NCBI GenBank assembly: GCA_002269645.1
Contig: NIVC01002689.1
Coordinates: 62,001-126,000, forward strand
Source: Macrostomum lignano
Lineage: Eukaryota
DNA: 64,000 nt
Reading direction: 5' to 3'
Positions 45,501 through 54,730 of the stretch are shown piece after piece. The position numbers and the translations under genes were made by a program. The stretch's first letter is position 1; every line of letters begins with the position of its first letter. The notes beneath the pieces are model-generated. The model saw only the letters and a program-made list of their open reading frames with translations. It was not told the DNA's origin and ran no database searches.

Positions 45501-48500
45501 CGAATCCACGGCCGAATCGAATTTGCCCAGCAGGCGGAGGCTGTCGCCGCTGGCCAGATGGGCGCGTGCGAGGGCGTCGCGGTCATCGCAACGGCGACTG
45601 TTGATGATCTGGAGGGGGAGCATAGGGATTAGTGTGGAAATTTAAAAACAAGTAAATATTTGCGGATTTGTTGGCACCTTGGCGAAACACCTTCGATGAC
45701 TGTGTCTTACAACCAACGCTGAGGCGATTCTGTCCATTCCGCTGACTCACTCTACTGAGATGGAAGATCCAAGAGCTGAGAGAGATAAGAGAGATAGGAG
45801 ACAGGTGAGAGAGATAGGCGAGATAAGAGACAGGTGAGAGAGATAGGCGAGATAAGAGACAGGTGAGAGAGATAGGCGAGATAAGAGACAGGTGAGAGAG
45901 ATAAGATAGATAAGAGACAGGTGAGAGAGATAATATAGATAAGAGACAGGTGAGAGAGATAAGAGATAAGATACAGGTGTAAGAGATAAAAGATAAAGGA
46001 AAGCTGAGAGAGAGATAAGAGACAGATGAGAGGGATAAGAGAGATAAGAGATAAAATATTGGTGTAAGAGATAAAATATAAAGGACAGGTGTGAGAGATA
46101 AGAGACAGATGAGAGAGATAAGAGACAGGTGAGAGAGATAAGAGAGATAACAGACAGGTGAGAGAGATAAGAGAGATAACAGACAGGTGAGAGAGATAAG
46201 AGAGATAACAGACAGGTGAGAGAGATAAGAGAGATAACAGACAGGTACTATCAATATGCCGATAGAGAAAAGATAAGAACACGCAAGTCAAATCACCTGC
46301 TGTTCGTGATAAGCGGCCGACAATCCAGCATTCCTCAGCTCGGCCATCACGCTGCCCAGCAGTCCTTGGCAGCTGGCCAGCAGACTTGGATCGCCAACTT
46401 TCCTGGCATGTTTCAGCGCCTCCTCCAGCGACGATTTGGCCAGCTCAGGCTGGCCGGCTCTGAGCAGAGCCAGGCCGAAATTCGATCTGCACTGGGCCTG
46501 CATTTGAGCAGCTGCCGCCGACTGCTCAGCCGCGGAGACGCTCAGCTCAGCGTAGCGCTTCGACTCGTCCAGATTGCCAAGAGTGGCACAGCAGATGCTC
46601 AAGTTGAGCAATAAGCCACATTCAAGTTCGGGCGACCAGTCATCTCCATTGATCACAGCTTTGTCCTGTCTCAGGTCCAATAGGCGCTGGTAATAGGCGG
46701 TTGCCTTGGCAACATTATCGCTGTGCAGGTGCATAGTGGCCAGGCTGACCAAGCACTTGATCTGGTAGCTGCTGTCGTGCACTTCTGTGGCCACCTGAGC
46801 ATTTCGTGGGTTTTGGATTTTCTTGGCAAAATTTACAAGCTATAAAATTTGCGCTATATCTGGTGTCTATGGGGCGCTAAATCCGGTGTCTATATGGCGC
46901 TAAATCCGATGTCTATATGGCGCTAAATCCGGTGTTTGTATGGCGCTAAATCCGATGTCTAAATGGCGCTAAATCTGGTGTTTGTATGGCGCTAAATCAA
47001 ATATCTAATAAGGCGCCAAATCGAGTGTCTAAAGGGCGCCAAATCAAATATCGAATAGGGCGCCAAATCCAGTGTCTAATTGGGCGCCAAATCCCGTGTC
47101 TAATAGGGCGCCAAATATCGAGTGTCTAATAGGGCGCCAAATATCGAGTGTCTAATAGGGTGCCAAATCAAGTGTCTAATAGAGCGCCAAATATCGAGTG
47201 TCTAATAGGGCGCCAAATATCGAGTGTCTAATAGGGTGCCAAATCAAGTGTCTAATAGAGCGCCAAATATCGAGTGTCTAATAGGGCGCCAAATCAATTG
47301 TCTAATAGGGCGCCAAATATCGAGTGTCTAATAGGGCGGCAAATCAATTGTCTAATAGGGCGCCAAATCAAGTGTCTAATAGGGCGCCAAATATTTAGTG
47401 TCTAATAGGGCGCCAAATATCGAGTATCTAATAGGGCCCCAAATATCGAGTGTCTAATTGGGCGCCAAATCGAGTGTCTAATAGGGCGCCAAATATCGAG
47501 TGTCTAATAGGGCGCCAAATCCAGTACCTAATAGGGCGCCAACTCAATCATATTTATACGAGTAGTATATTTACTTTTAAACACTCCGTGTACAGCTCGA
47601 TAGCCACTTCGGAGTACTTTCTGCTGGCGTAAGAGTTAGCCAAAGAAAGCAACATTAGCATTCGAAGTCCCAGCTGTTCAGTTTCGTAAGTCTGCGCAAC
47701 TTCTAACAGTTGGATGGCCAAGTGCTGGCGTCCTTCTTTAGAGGCGAGCACTCCAATCTGGCACAGGAAGTTGAATATTTCGAGATCTGCGGAAATTAAA
47801 ATATAGTTTATAGTATTGGAGATGCAATGCTAATCAGCGGTAAGCTAGGGAAAAAAGAGTAGGAATAGCCGATCAGCGTTGAGCCAAATACGGTGGACTC
47901 ATAGCAGATTAACTCACTCTTCATCGCGTCGAGCTGCTCAGCTGTATGAGGCAGCATCCGTCTGAACGACAAAAGCAGCGAAGTCTTGACTCGCGGCAGA
48001 TTGCAATCGTCTAGACTGAGGCAGCGAATGTTGTGCAGGATGGCTTCGTCGTTGCGTTCCAGTTTGCGAAGTATGGCACTTCGAAAGCAGCAAGTCTGTT
48101 GGTTGGGCATGAGTTTTAAGTTTGCTCTGAATCTGTTTAACAAATAATTCTATGACAGCTAGATAATGATGAAAAAGGAACTGGCTGTTTTAGGCAGCCA
48201 ATCAGCGACGAGATGGGGTTAGAAAAGAATTTGTCGATCCAGACAGCCAATAAGCGACGAGATGAGGGTTGGAAAAGAATTTGTCGATCCAGTCAGCCAA
48301 TCGGCGACGAGATGGGGTTAGAAAAGAATTTGTCGATCCAGACAGCCAATCAGCGACGAGATGGAGGTTAGAAAAAATAGTCGCTTCAGACAGCCTAAGA
48401 TATGCATATTAATAATATGCATAAGATTTATGGAAGAGCTACTATTTAGTCTAATTAATTAGTAATTCTTCATCACCTCGCAGCTAAACTGCTCAACAGA

Positions 48501-48953
48501 CGCTGCCTGCTCCGCATCGGACAGAGCTGTCTCGAAATCGCCCAGCTGGCAGTAAAGCTGAGCTCTCAGACACAGTAGTCGGGCATTGCCTGCATCAATC
48601 TCCAAAGCGTCAGATAGGCGAATCAAGGCTTCTTGACTTTGCCCGGCTTCTAATAGTGTGAAAGCTTCCTGTTCAAGAGTTCTCACCTGCAGGGTTGAAT
48701 GAGTTCGGGTAAAATACTTTCACCTGTGATTCTATTTCTAGTTAAGACTATCAAAAGTACGTCAAACCCTAATAATAACTCAAGTTCGTATTGCTGCAGA
48801 CACGGAGATCACACTTGTTTGACACAGTTATCACACCTGTTAGACACTGATCACACCTGTTATACACAGTGATCGCACACTCGCCCCAAGCCTCACCGCT
48901 TCGAACTCCTCGCTCTCCGAGATAATTTCGCTGGACTCGTACCGACTCTCCAT
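33590..48953 (-). CDS. TTC28: TTC28-like tetratricopeptide-repeat protein with CHAT domain, 18 exons, about 1757 aa
   Basis: Exons (minus) 48953-48897 (in-frame ATG also at 48992), 48686-48477, 48095-47918, 47786-47575, 46794-46297, 45608-45267, 44953-44594, 43708-43355, 42413-41844, 41457-41114, 40770-40604, 40134-39919, 39700-39385, 39122-38959, 37603-37500, 36327-35858, 35262-35073, 34111-33590. All GT-AG, phase-consistent, 5274 nt. N-terminal TPRs; CHAT motifs VVVGNPKLP, ATKDVFL, LIVLS, GAQCVLCLAWPLP; post-CHAT LGFHF..IVFP and LGFVEL..RRALLNACLQLL resemble TTC28. Strict orthology not proven. Confidence 0.85.
34265..34395. repeat. About 24-bp short array, TTC28-like intron 17
   Basis: GAGGCTGAGGGGTAGGATGATGG-type unit, about 5 copies. 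Confidence 0.75.
35310..35810. repeat. 24-to-21-bp minisatellite, TTC28-like intron 16
   Basis: TCTAACAGGTG core; left units are reverse complements of the 31765-33000 unit. Confidence 0.92.
36353..37250. repeat. Composite 20+30-bp (50-bp higher-order) minisatellite, TTC28-like intron 15
   Basis: TGTCTCTGCCATGTCTGCCT alternating with TGTCTCTGCCATGTCTGTCTCTTGTCTCTG; 50-bp period visible at 36661-36760. Confidence 0.96.
38340..38920. repeat. 34-bp minisatellite, TTC28-like intron 14
   Basis: Unit CAGTCACTCTATGGGGGCGGATCACTCAAACCTT with indel variants, about 16 copies. Confidence 0.96.
39750..39905. repeat. 21-bp array, TTC28-like intron 12
   Basis: Unit GGCGCTAAAATGAGAGCCTGT, about 7 copies; reverse-complement relative of the array inside the MITE at 51466-52048. 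Confidence 0.88.
41500..41790. repeat. 16-to-22-bp minisatellite, TTC28-like intron 9
   Basis: CAGTGGGTCAGTGTC(N) core. Confidence 0.92.
42545..43230. repeat. (AG)n plus about 35-40-bp purine-rich minisatellite, TTC28-like intron 8
   Basis: GGTTGGTCGAGTGTACACTGGAGAAGAGAGAGGAG-type units. Confidence 0.93.
43730..44580. repeat. 16-bp minisatellite, TTC28-like intron 7
   Basis: Unit GAGTCATAGGGACAAA, about 45 copies. Confidence 0.95.
45010..45210. repeat. 12-bp repeat, TTC28-like intron 6
   Basis: Unit AAATCCCCATCT with variants, about 16 copies. Confidence 0.88.
45770..46250. repeat. About 20-bp purine-rich minisatellite, TTC28-like intron 5
   Basis: GAGATAAGAGACAGGTGAGA; reverse-complement relative of the 27290-28400 array. 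Confidence 0.92.
46840..47545. repeat. 22-24-bp minisatellite, TTC28-like intron 4
   Basis: GTGTCTAATAGGGCGCCAAATATCGA-type unit, grading from GGCGCTAAATCC units at the left. Confidence 0.95.
48180..48395. repeat. 49-50-bp repeat x4, TTC28-like intron 2
   Basis: CAGCCAAT at 48195, 48244, 48294, 48343. Confidence 0.9.
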
Positions 48954-49494
48954 GGTCCCAGCCGATCGCCTGGGCATGAAGCCTGGAATCATCGCGAATT
49001 CCGATTACAGCCCAGTGGTGAGATTTGAGTTGCCTTCCACTGACTGCTGATCAATCTTGAGTCAAGTTGATTTGCAGTAAAGTTGTTTAATACTTGATTT
49101 TGTCAACACAGTTAATGAAGTACATACTACGATGTAATATCCAAAGCAACTCATCTATATAGATTGCTTGTCAATTATTTTAGCTACAATGCGAACTGAT
49201 TTGCATCTACAAATAAAGGTAAAATAATAATATTAAAAAGTGACATGAAACAAGCAATCCTATTCATCATGTATTTCATTTTTTAAGTAACAGTCGAACA
49301 TTATTTAAATCTTCAATAATGATTTACATAAGTTTTTACATAAGTTTCACAGTTTAAACACAGTAAAAATTTTGACGGCTGTTTTTCTCATAGACCGATT
49401 TAAACAAACTTGATTTATGCAATGGTCTGTCAGAGAAACATAGTTTGCTAATTGGAGGTGCAATTAGAAAAATAAGCGGGCGATTGATTGACTG

Positions 49495-49800
49495 GGGAGT
49501 CTAGGTTTTCGGGCGTGCGGGAAGTGAGGTGGGCGACCAAAGGGGCAGGAAATAAATGGGTGGTGGGTTCACTGGAGAGACTAGGGTTTTCGGGTGCGCG
49601 GGGAGTGAGGTGGGTGATCAAAGGGGCAGGAAATAACTGGGTTGGTGGGTCCACTGGAAAGTCTAGGGTTTTCAGATGTGCGGGGAGTGAGTTGGGTGAT
49701 CAAAGGGGCAGGAAATAAGTGGGGTGGTAGGTCCACTGGAGAGTATAGGGTTTTCGGGTGCGCGGGGAGTGAGGTGGGTGATCAAAGGGGCAGAAAATAG
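49495..49800. repeat. About 82-bp G-rich repeat x4 between C11orf65 and TTC28-like
   Basis: CTAGGGTTTTCGGGTGCGCGGGGAGTGAGGTGGGTGATCAAAGGGGCAG recurring near 49501, 49581, 49663, 49746. Confidence 0.85.
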
Positions 49801-49903
49801 TGTAGATAGGTTGAATGGTGAGAGTTGACAGGGTTTCGGGAACAGAGATGAATGGCCAGGAATTTTTTCAATAAAATCGAGTAAAATCTCAAAGGTGCCC
49901 TCC

Positions 49904-52686
49904 TCAATCCACGGTCTTGTCAGGGAGGTCCACAGCCGCCGGATTCGCAGGAGCGACCGGTCTGGGTCTTGAGTCGGCCGTATTCAAATGTCGCTCCGAC
50001 ACAGACGACTCAGCGGCGGTATTCTGCAGTATGCGCAATTGGGCAGCAATTCTCAGCTGCTCATCCGACGGAGCCGTTGTAGCCACGCAGCCCCAGTCTG
50101 AGGCGTACTGCTCAAAGTCTAAACAGGTTGACCAGTGAAGTAGTTCTTCAACTTCCCAGTCTTCTACCTGTTTTTGGGAGAGAATTAGAGAAAATTTATA
50201 TTCATGGTACTCGCCTTACTGGAAAAATTGAGCATGAGAATCTATTACCGCAATACTCGTAGAATGTGTCCTAAGATCAGGTGTTCTGCTCATGTAGTGT
50301 CTCAAGGTTCAGATTTTCTGCTCATGGAAAGAGTCTCAAGGTAATGATGTTCTGCTCATGGAATGTGTCTGTAGGTTATGATGTTCTGCTCATGGAATGT
50401 GTCTCAAGGTAATGATGTTCTGCTCATGGAATGTGTCTGTAGGTTATGATGTTCTGCTCATGGAATGTGTCTGTAGGTTCAGGTGTTCTGCTCATGGAAT
50501 GTGTCTTAAGGTTCAGGTGTTCTGCTCATGGAAAGAGTCTCAAGGTTCAGGTGTTCTGCTCATGGAAAGAGTCTCAAGGTTCAGGTGTTCTGCTCATGGA
50601 AAGAGTCCCAAGGTTCAGGTGTTCTGCTCATGGAATGTGTCTTAAGGTTCAGGTGTTCTGCTCATGGAAAGAGTCTCAAGGTTCAGGTGTTCTGCTGATG
50701 CAAAGTGTCTCAAGGTTCAGGTGTTCTGCTCATGGAATGTGTCTCAAGGTAATGATGTTCTGCTCATGGAAAGAGTCTCAAGGTTCAGGTGTTCTGCTCA
50801 TGCAAAGTGTCTCAAGGTTCAGATGTTCTGCTCATGCAAAGTGTCCCAAGGTTCAGATGTTCTGCTCATGCAAAGTGTCCCAAGGTTCAGATGTTCTGCT
50901 CATGCAAAGTGTCCCAAGGTTCAGATGTTCTGCTCATGCAAAGTGTCCCAAGGTTCAGATTTGCTGCCGATAGAAATGGACAAGTAAATTCATTATTAAT
51001 CAATCAGTTAGGATACGCGCTCATAGCAGTGCCAATTGGCTTTACCTCTTCTCCAGCTTCCAAAGCTCGCACCATCCCGTCTGCTGCACTCTCAACCAGA
51101 TCGGCAGCTTCGGGCTCGCGACTCTTCAACAGGCCTTCCCGGTGCATCTTCATCAGCCACTGGACTCGCCGCTGCTTGCGCTTGGCGGCCAGGTCGGCCC
51201 GACGCTGCAGCCGGTCGTGATGGAACTCGGCGGCGCCGCTCGCCGGATCCGGGTCGATGGTTTTTCCGCCGGCCAGGGCGCGGTCGGACACGAGACGCCA
51301 GCCGTTGTTCTCGATGCGACGGTACCAGCCATCGCGCTCAGGGCCTTGCTGGATGAAGTCCAGCGGTCTGGTGTTGTGCAGCTGACGACAGTCCTGAACA
51401 AGCGGTTTGGAGCCACATGCTTGTAATAATTAGAATCATGACTGCAGGGAGACTGCGGGCGATACCAGGGGCGTCGCCATGGATTTTATGGTGGGGGGGG
51501 ACAAAGCCAAGAATTCAACATGTATGTGTACAGGACTAAATTTCTACATGTACATTATTTTCATTTGTTGTCATTTTGGCTCCGCAGGCACTCATTTTAG
51601 CGCCGTAGGCCCTCATTTTAGCGCCGCAGGCACTCATTTTAGCGCCGCAGGCACTCATTTTAGCGCCGTAGGCACTCATTTCAGCGCCGCAGGCACTCAT
51701 TTTAGCGCCGTACGCACTCATTTTAGCGCCGCAGGCACTCATTTTAGCGCCGCAGGCACTCATTTTAGCGCCGTAGGCACTCATTTTGGCGCCATAGGCA
51801 CTCATTTTGGCGCCGTAGGCACTCATTTTAGCGCCGCAGGCACTCATTTTAGCGCCGTAGGCACTCATTTTGGCGCCATAGGCACTCATTTTGGCGCCGT
51901 AGGCACTCATTTTAGCGCCGTAGGCACTCGATCATTTTAGCGCCGCAGGCACTCATTTTAGCACTCACAAATCATTAGCATGTCCCCCATAGATTTTACT
52001 GGGGGGGGGACACATGTCCCCCTTGTCCCCCACGGTGGCGACTCCCTGGGCGACACAACCAGCGCTCACAGAAATTCTGCCCATTCCGCTGGCTCCTGAG
52101 CACACACAAGCGCGCCAACACTGTACACAGACACGCACTCAGGCATGTACACTTCCTGTGCCTCGGGGGTTGGGCCTCATGGCTGTGAACCGCACGGCGA
52201 CCTGCCGGCCTATTTTTGTGCACACGCAAGCCCCAAATGAATGTGGCCGCGCACAATTGACAGTTACACGCCTGTCTATTGAGTTCGATTACGCTCAAAA
52301 GTCTTGAGTAGTGTCTAGGTAGTCAATCACTTCCTTGTGTCTGTCAAAGCAAAACAGACAAAAAAGTTGCCAACCTGCAGCTTAGCCTCTGGTCGAGTGT
52401 AGTCCTTGGGACTGTTGGCGCACATGTCCTGCACCGGCCTGTGCGTGAATATCTTATAGAAGATGTTGGGCGGAAATGTCTCCCCAGCGAGGCGAAATTT
52501 CACGTGCACACCGGAGGCGGCGTCCAGCATTTTGGCTTCCATGGGATTGATGCTCTTCAGCATGAGGGCCGGGTCGCCCTTCTGCTTGAAGTTGATGAGG
52601 TCCCTGTAGTAGCGGAATACCTGCATGTCGATGTGACGCCGCCAGGCGCGCTGAATTTTAGTGGCAGCTTCGTCTGACGTAAGCAT
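49904..52686 (-). CDS. C11orf65: C11orf65/MFI (mitochondrial fission factor interactor) homologue with N-terminal IQ motif, 3 exons
   Basis: Exons 52686-52375, 51393-51046, 50167-49904, all phase 0. Motifs AATKIQRAW, INPMEAKMLDAASGVHVKFRLAGETFPPNIFYKIFTHRP..CANSPKDY, GWYRRIENNGWRLVSD, WEVEELLHWSTCLDFEQY. Confidence 0.9.
50270..50960. repeat. 34-bp minisatellite, C11orf65 intron 2
   Basis: Unit TTCTGCTCATGGAAAGAGTCTCAAGGTTCAGGTG, about 20 copies. Confidence 0.96.
51466..52048. mobile_element. 583-bp hAT-type MITE containing a 21-bp tandem array
   Basis: TIRs CAGGGGCGTCGCCA ... TGGCGACTCCCTG. 8-bp TSD GGCGATAC (51458-51465) / GGCGACAC (52049-52056), one mismatch. Lies in C11orf65 intron 1. 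Confidence 0.85.
51575..51965. repeat. 21-bp array inside the hAT MITE
   Basis: Unit GGCACTCATTTTAGCGCCG(C/T)A, about 18 copies. Confidence 0.96.
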
Positions 52687-54730
52687 TGTACTGTGCTTTA
52701 TGAATGAGCTGAAAATGAAGTTGATGACTACAAAGCATGACCTATCCTCTTTATTAAACATACACTGTATTTAATACTGTCAATATGCAGTCAAATATCA
52801 AACAGGCACTATTCCTTGATATCCATCTACATTGTGCTTAATAAGGCCTATTGAATAAAAACCATTAATATATTGTAGGTCTCATTAACAGTTCATATTG
52901 TGAAATAGTAATCTTTTACTCTAGTAGTCATTTTATTGCAAGTGGGCTTTCACTTGTACATAGGGAAGTTCTGTTACTGACTCATAACACACAGGCACAG
53001 CACGTGTTACATGTAAATATTTTGATATTTAATACACATTAGGAGTTGACATTTTTAAGTAAAATGGATAGCTTTTTGTAGTTATGGCTTTACAGAAGAG
53101 TAATATATAATACAATATATGTCAATACTCCAGAACAAAAGTCATTTTTTATGTTTATCATTTCATGGCTTAAAACCTTTAAAGATCTAAACCTTTAAGA
53201 TCTAATATTAAGAGACAAATGAGCAGTATACTTAAATGCTGAAGGTACAATTTACACAATTCTTATAGTATATTTTTAAAAAATTAATGCTTAAACTAAT
53301 ACTATATTGCAAATATGCGTCATTTAAATAATGGAGGAGTTAGTAATTAATACAGATCCGTAAGCTGTGTGAATGAGAACTGATTAAGCAGACTATCTAG
53401 ATATAGATTATAAGATAGGCATTTTATATGACTTTATAAATCTAAAAAAAAGATTAAGTAAACCAACGTACAAAATTTCTACTGTATAAACTGAATTCGC
53501 TTATTTTTTAACTTTATTATTTTATTTATAACCGCTTTGCTTTAACTCGCAACTATATTTCTATTTAGTATTAGTAGGTCCATTTATTTTTATTCGTAAA
53601 TCCAGCCAACACAAATTTGTGCATCATTTACAGTAGAAATAAAAACCTTTCCGAGGTTTTTGTAACTTTCTTTGTAGCCTTTTAAAATAAAAACAATTTG
53701 TTATTTTTTTAACCTCAAAAATAAAAAACTGTGCTTCTCTATAAAATTAATTGCGACAATTTTGTTTATATGTTGGAGTTGCTTGCGGTTAAATAAGACT
53801 TCACGAAACAATTTACGAATCAGTCGTATCGCTATTTATTATTCTTTATTATCATTACTATCGGTACCATTATTTACCACTCGACAAATTCAATACAGTG
53901 AAAATTAAACTTGTACTTTACATGTACATGTACTTAACACCTTTACATGGAAATAAAGATGACTTCAATACATTTATTTATGCTCATCGGATACAGATAC
54001 GTCGATTCCTATTATTTGATGTCAAATCCTTAAGCTATCGTAAAACATAATTAAAATTAAATTTACTGGATGTATAAGACTTGCTCTCTCCACGATTACC
54101 ATTATTAGACTTCCGGCTCCCTTAGGTTGCATGTATACGTATTCCCATTATCAAAGCTAAATCAAACGAGTTTTGAATAATCCAGATTTTTTTAGATGCA
54201 AAAATAGCGACAATGGGTCGAGGCCTGAACATGCATCGAAGCAATTAAAGCCGGACCAAAGGGTGCGCTTTAATATTGTTCAAATAAGAAGCGCGACGTG
54301 TTAGTCAGGATTCGCGTTTTATTTTATAACAACTAAATTTTGTATTTGTATTTCAGTATATTTCTATTTCATCGTACTAATATAACATGACGGGCACAGA
54401 GAGAGAGAAAGAAGTTTGCATTTCATCCCCCATATAAATTCTAAAAATTTAAAATTCGCGAAAACGTAGGAGTGGGCTTAACGCATACGATGTTTCAGAG
54501 CAGAGAGCGAAGATTGATAGGGTATAAGTTATTATATTAGCTAGATCTACTTTAGAAACAGTTGCATACGATAATAAACAAAACTACGTCAAGTTTATTA
54601 TAACCGTTGTTTGAAAATTTTCCGGTGTTATTTAACAGACAAAAGATAAAATGAATATTTCACTCTCTCATCCTACTAGCTACATATTCAAGTCACTATA
54701 AACCTTTCCCAGCCAGCCAGTTAGCCGTTT

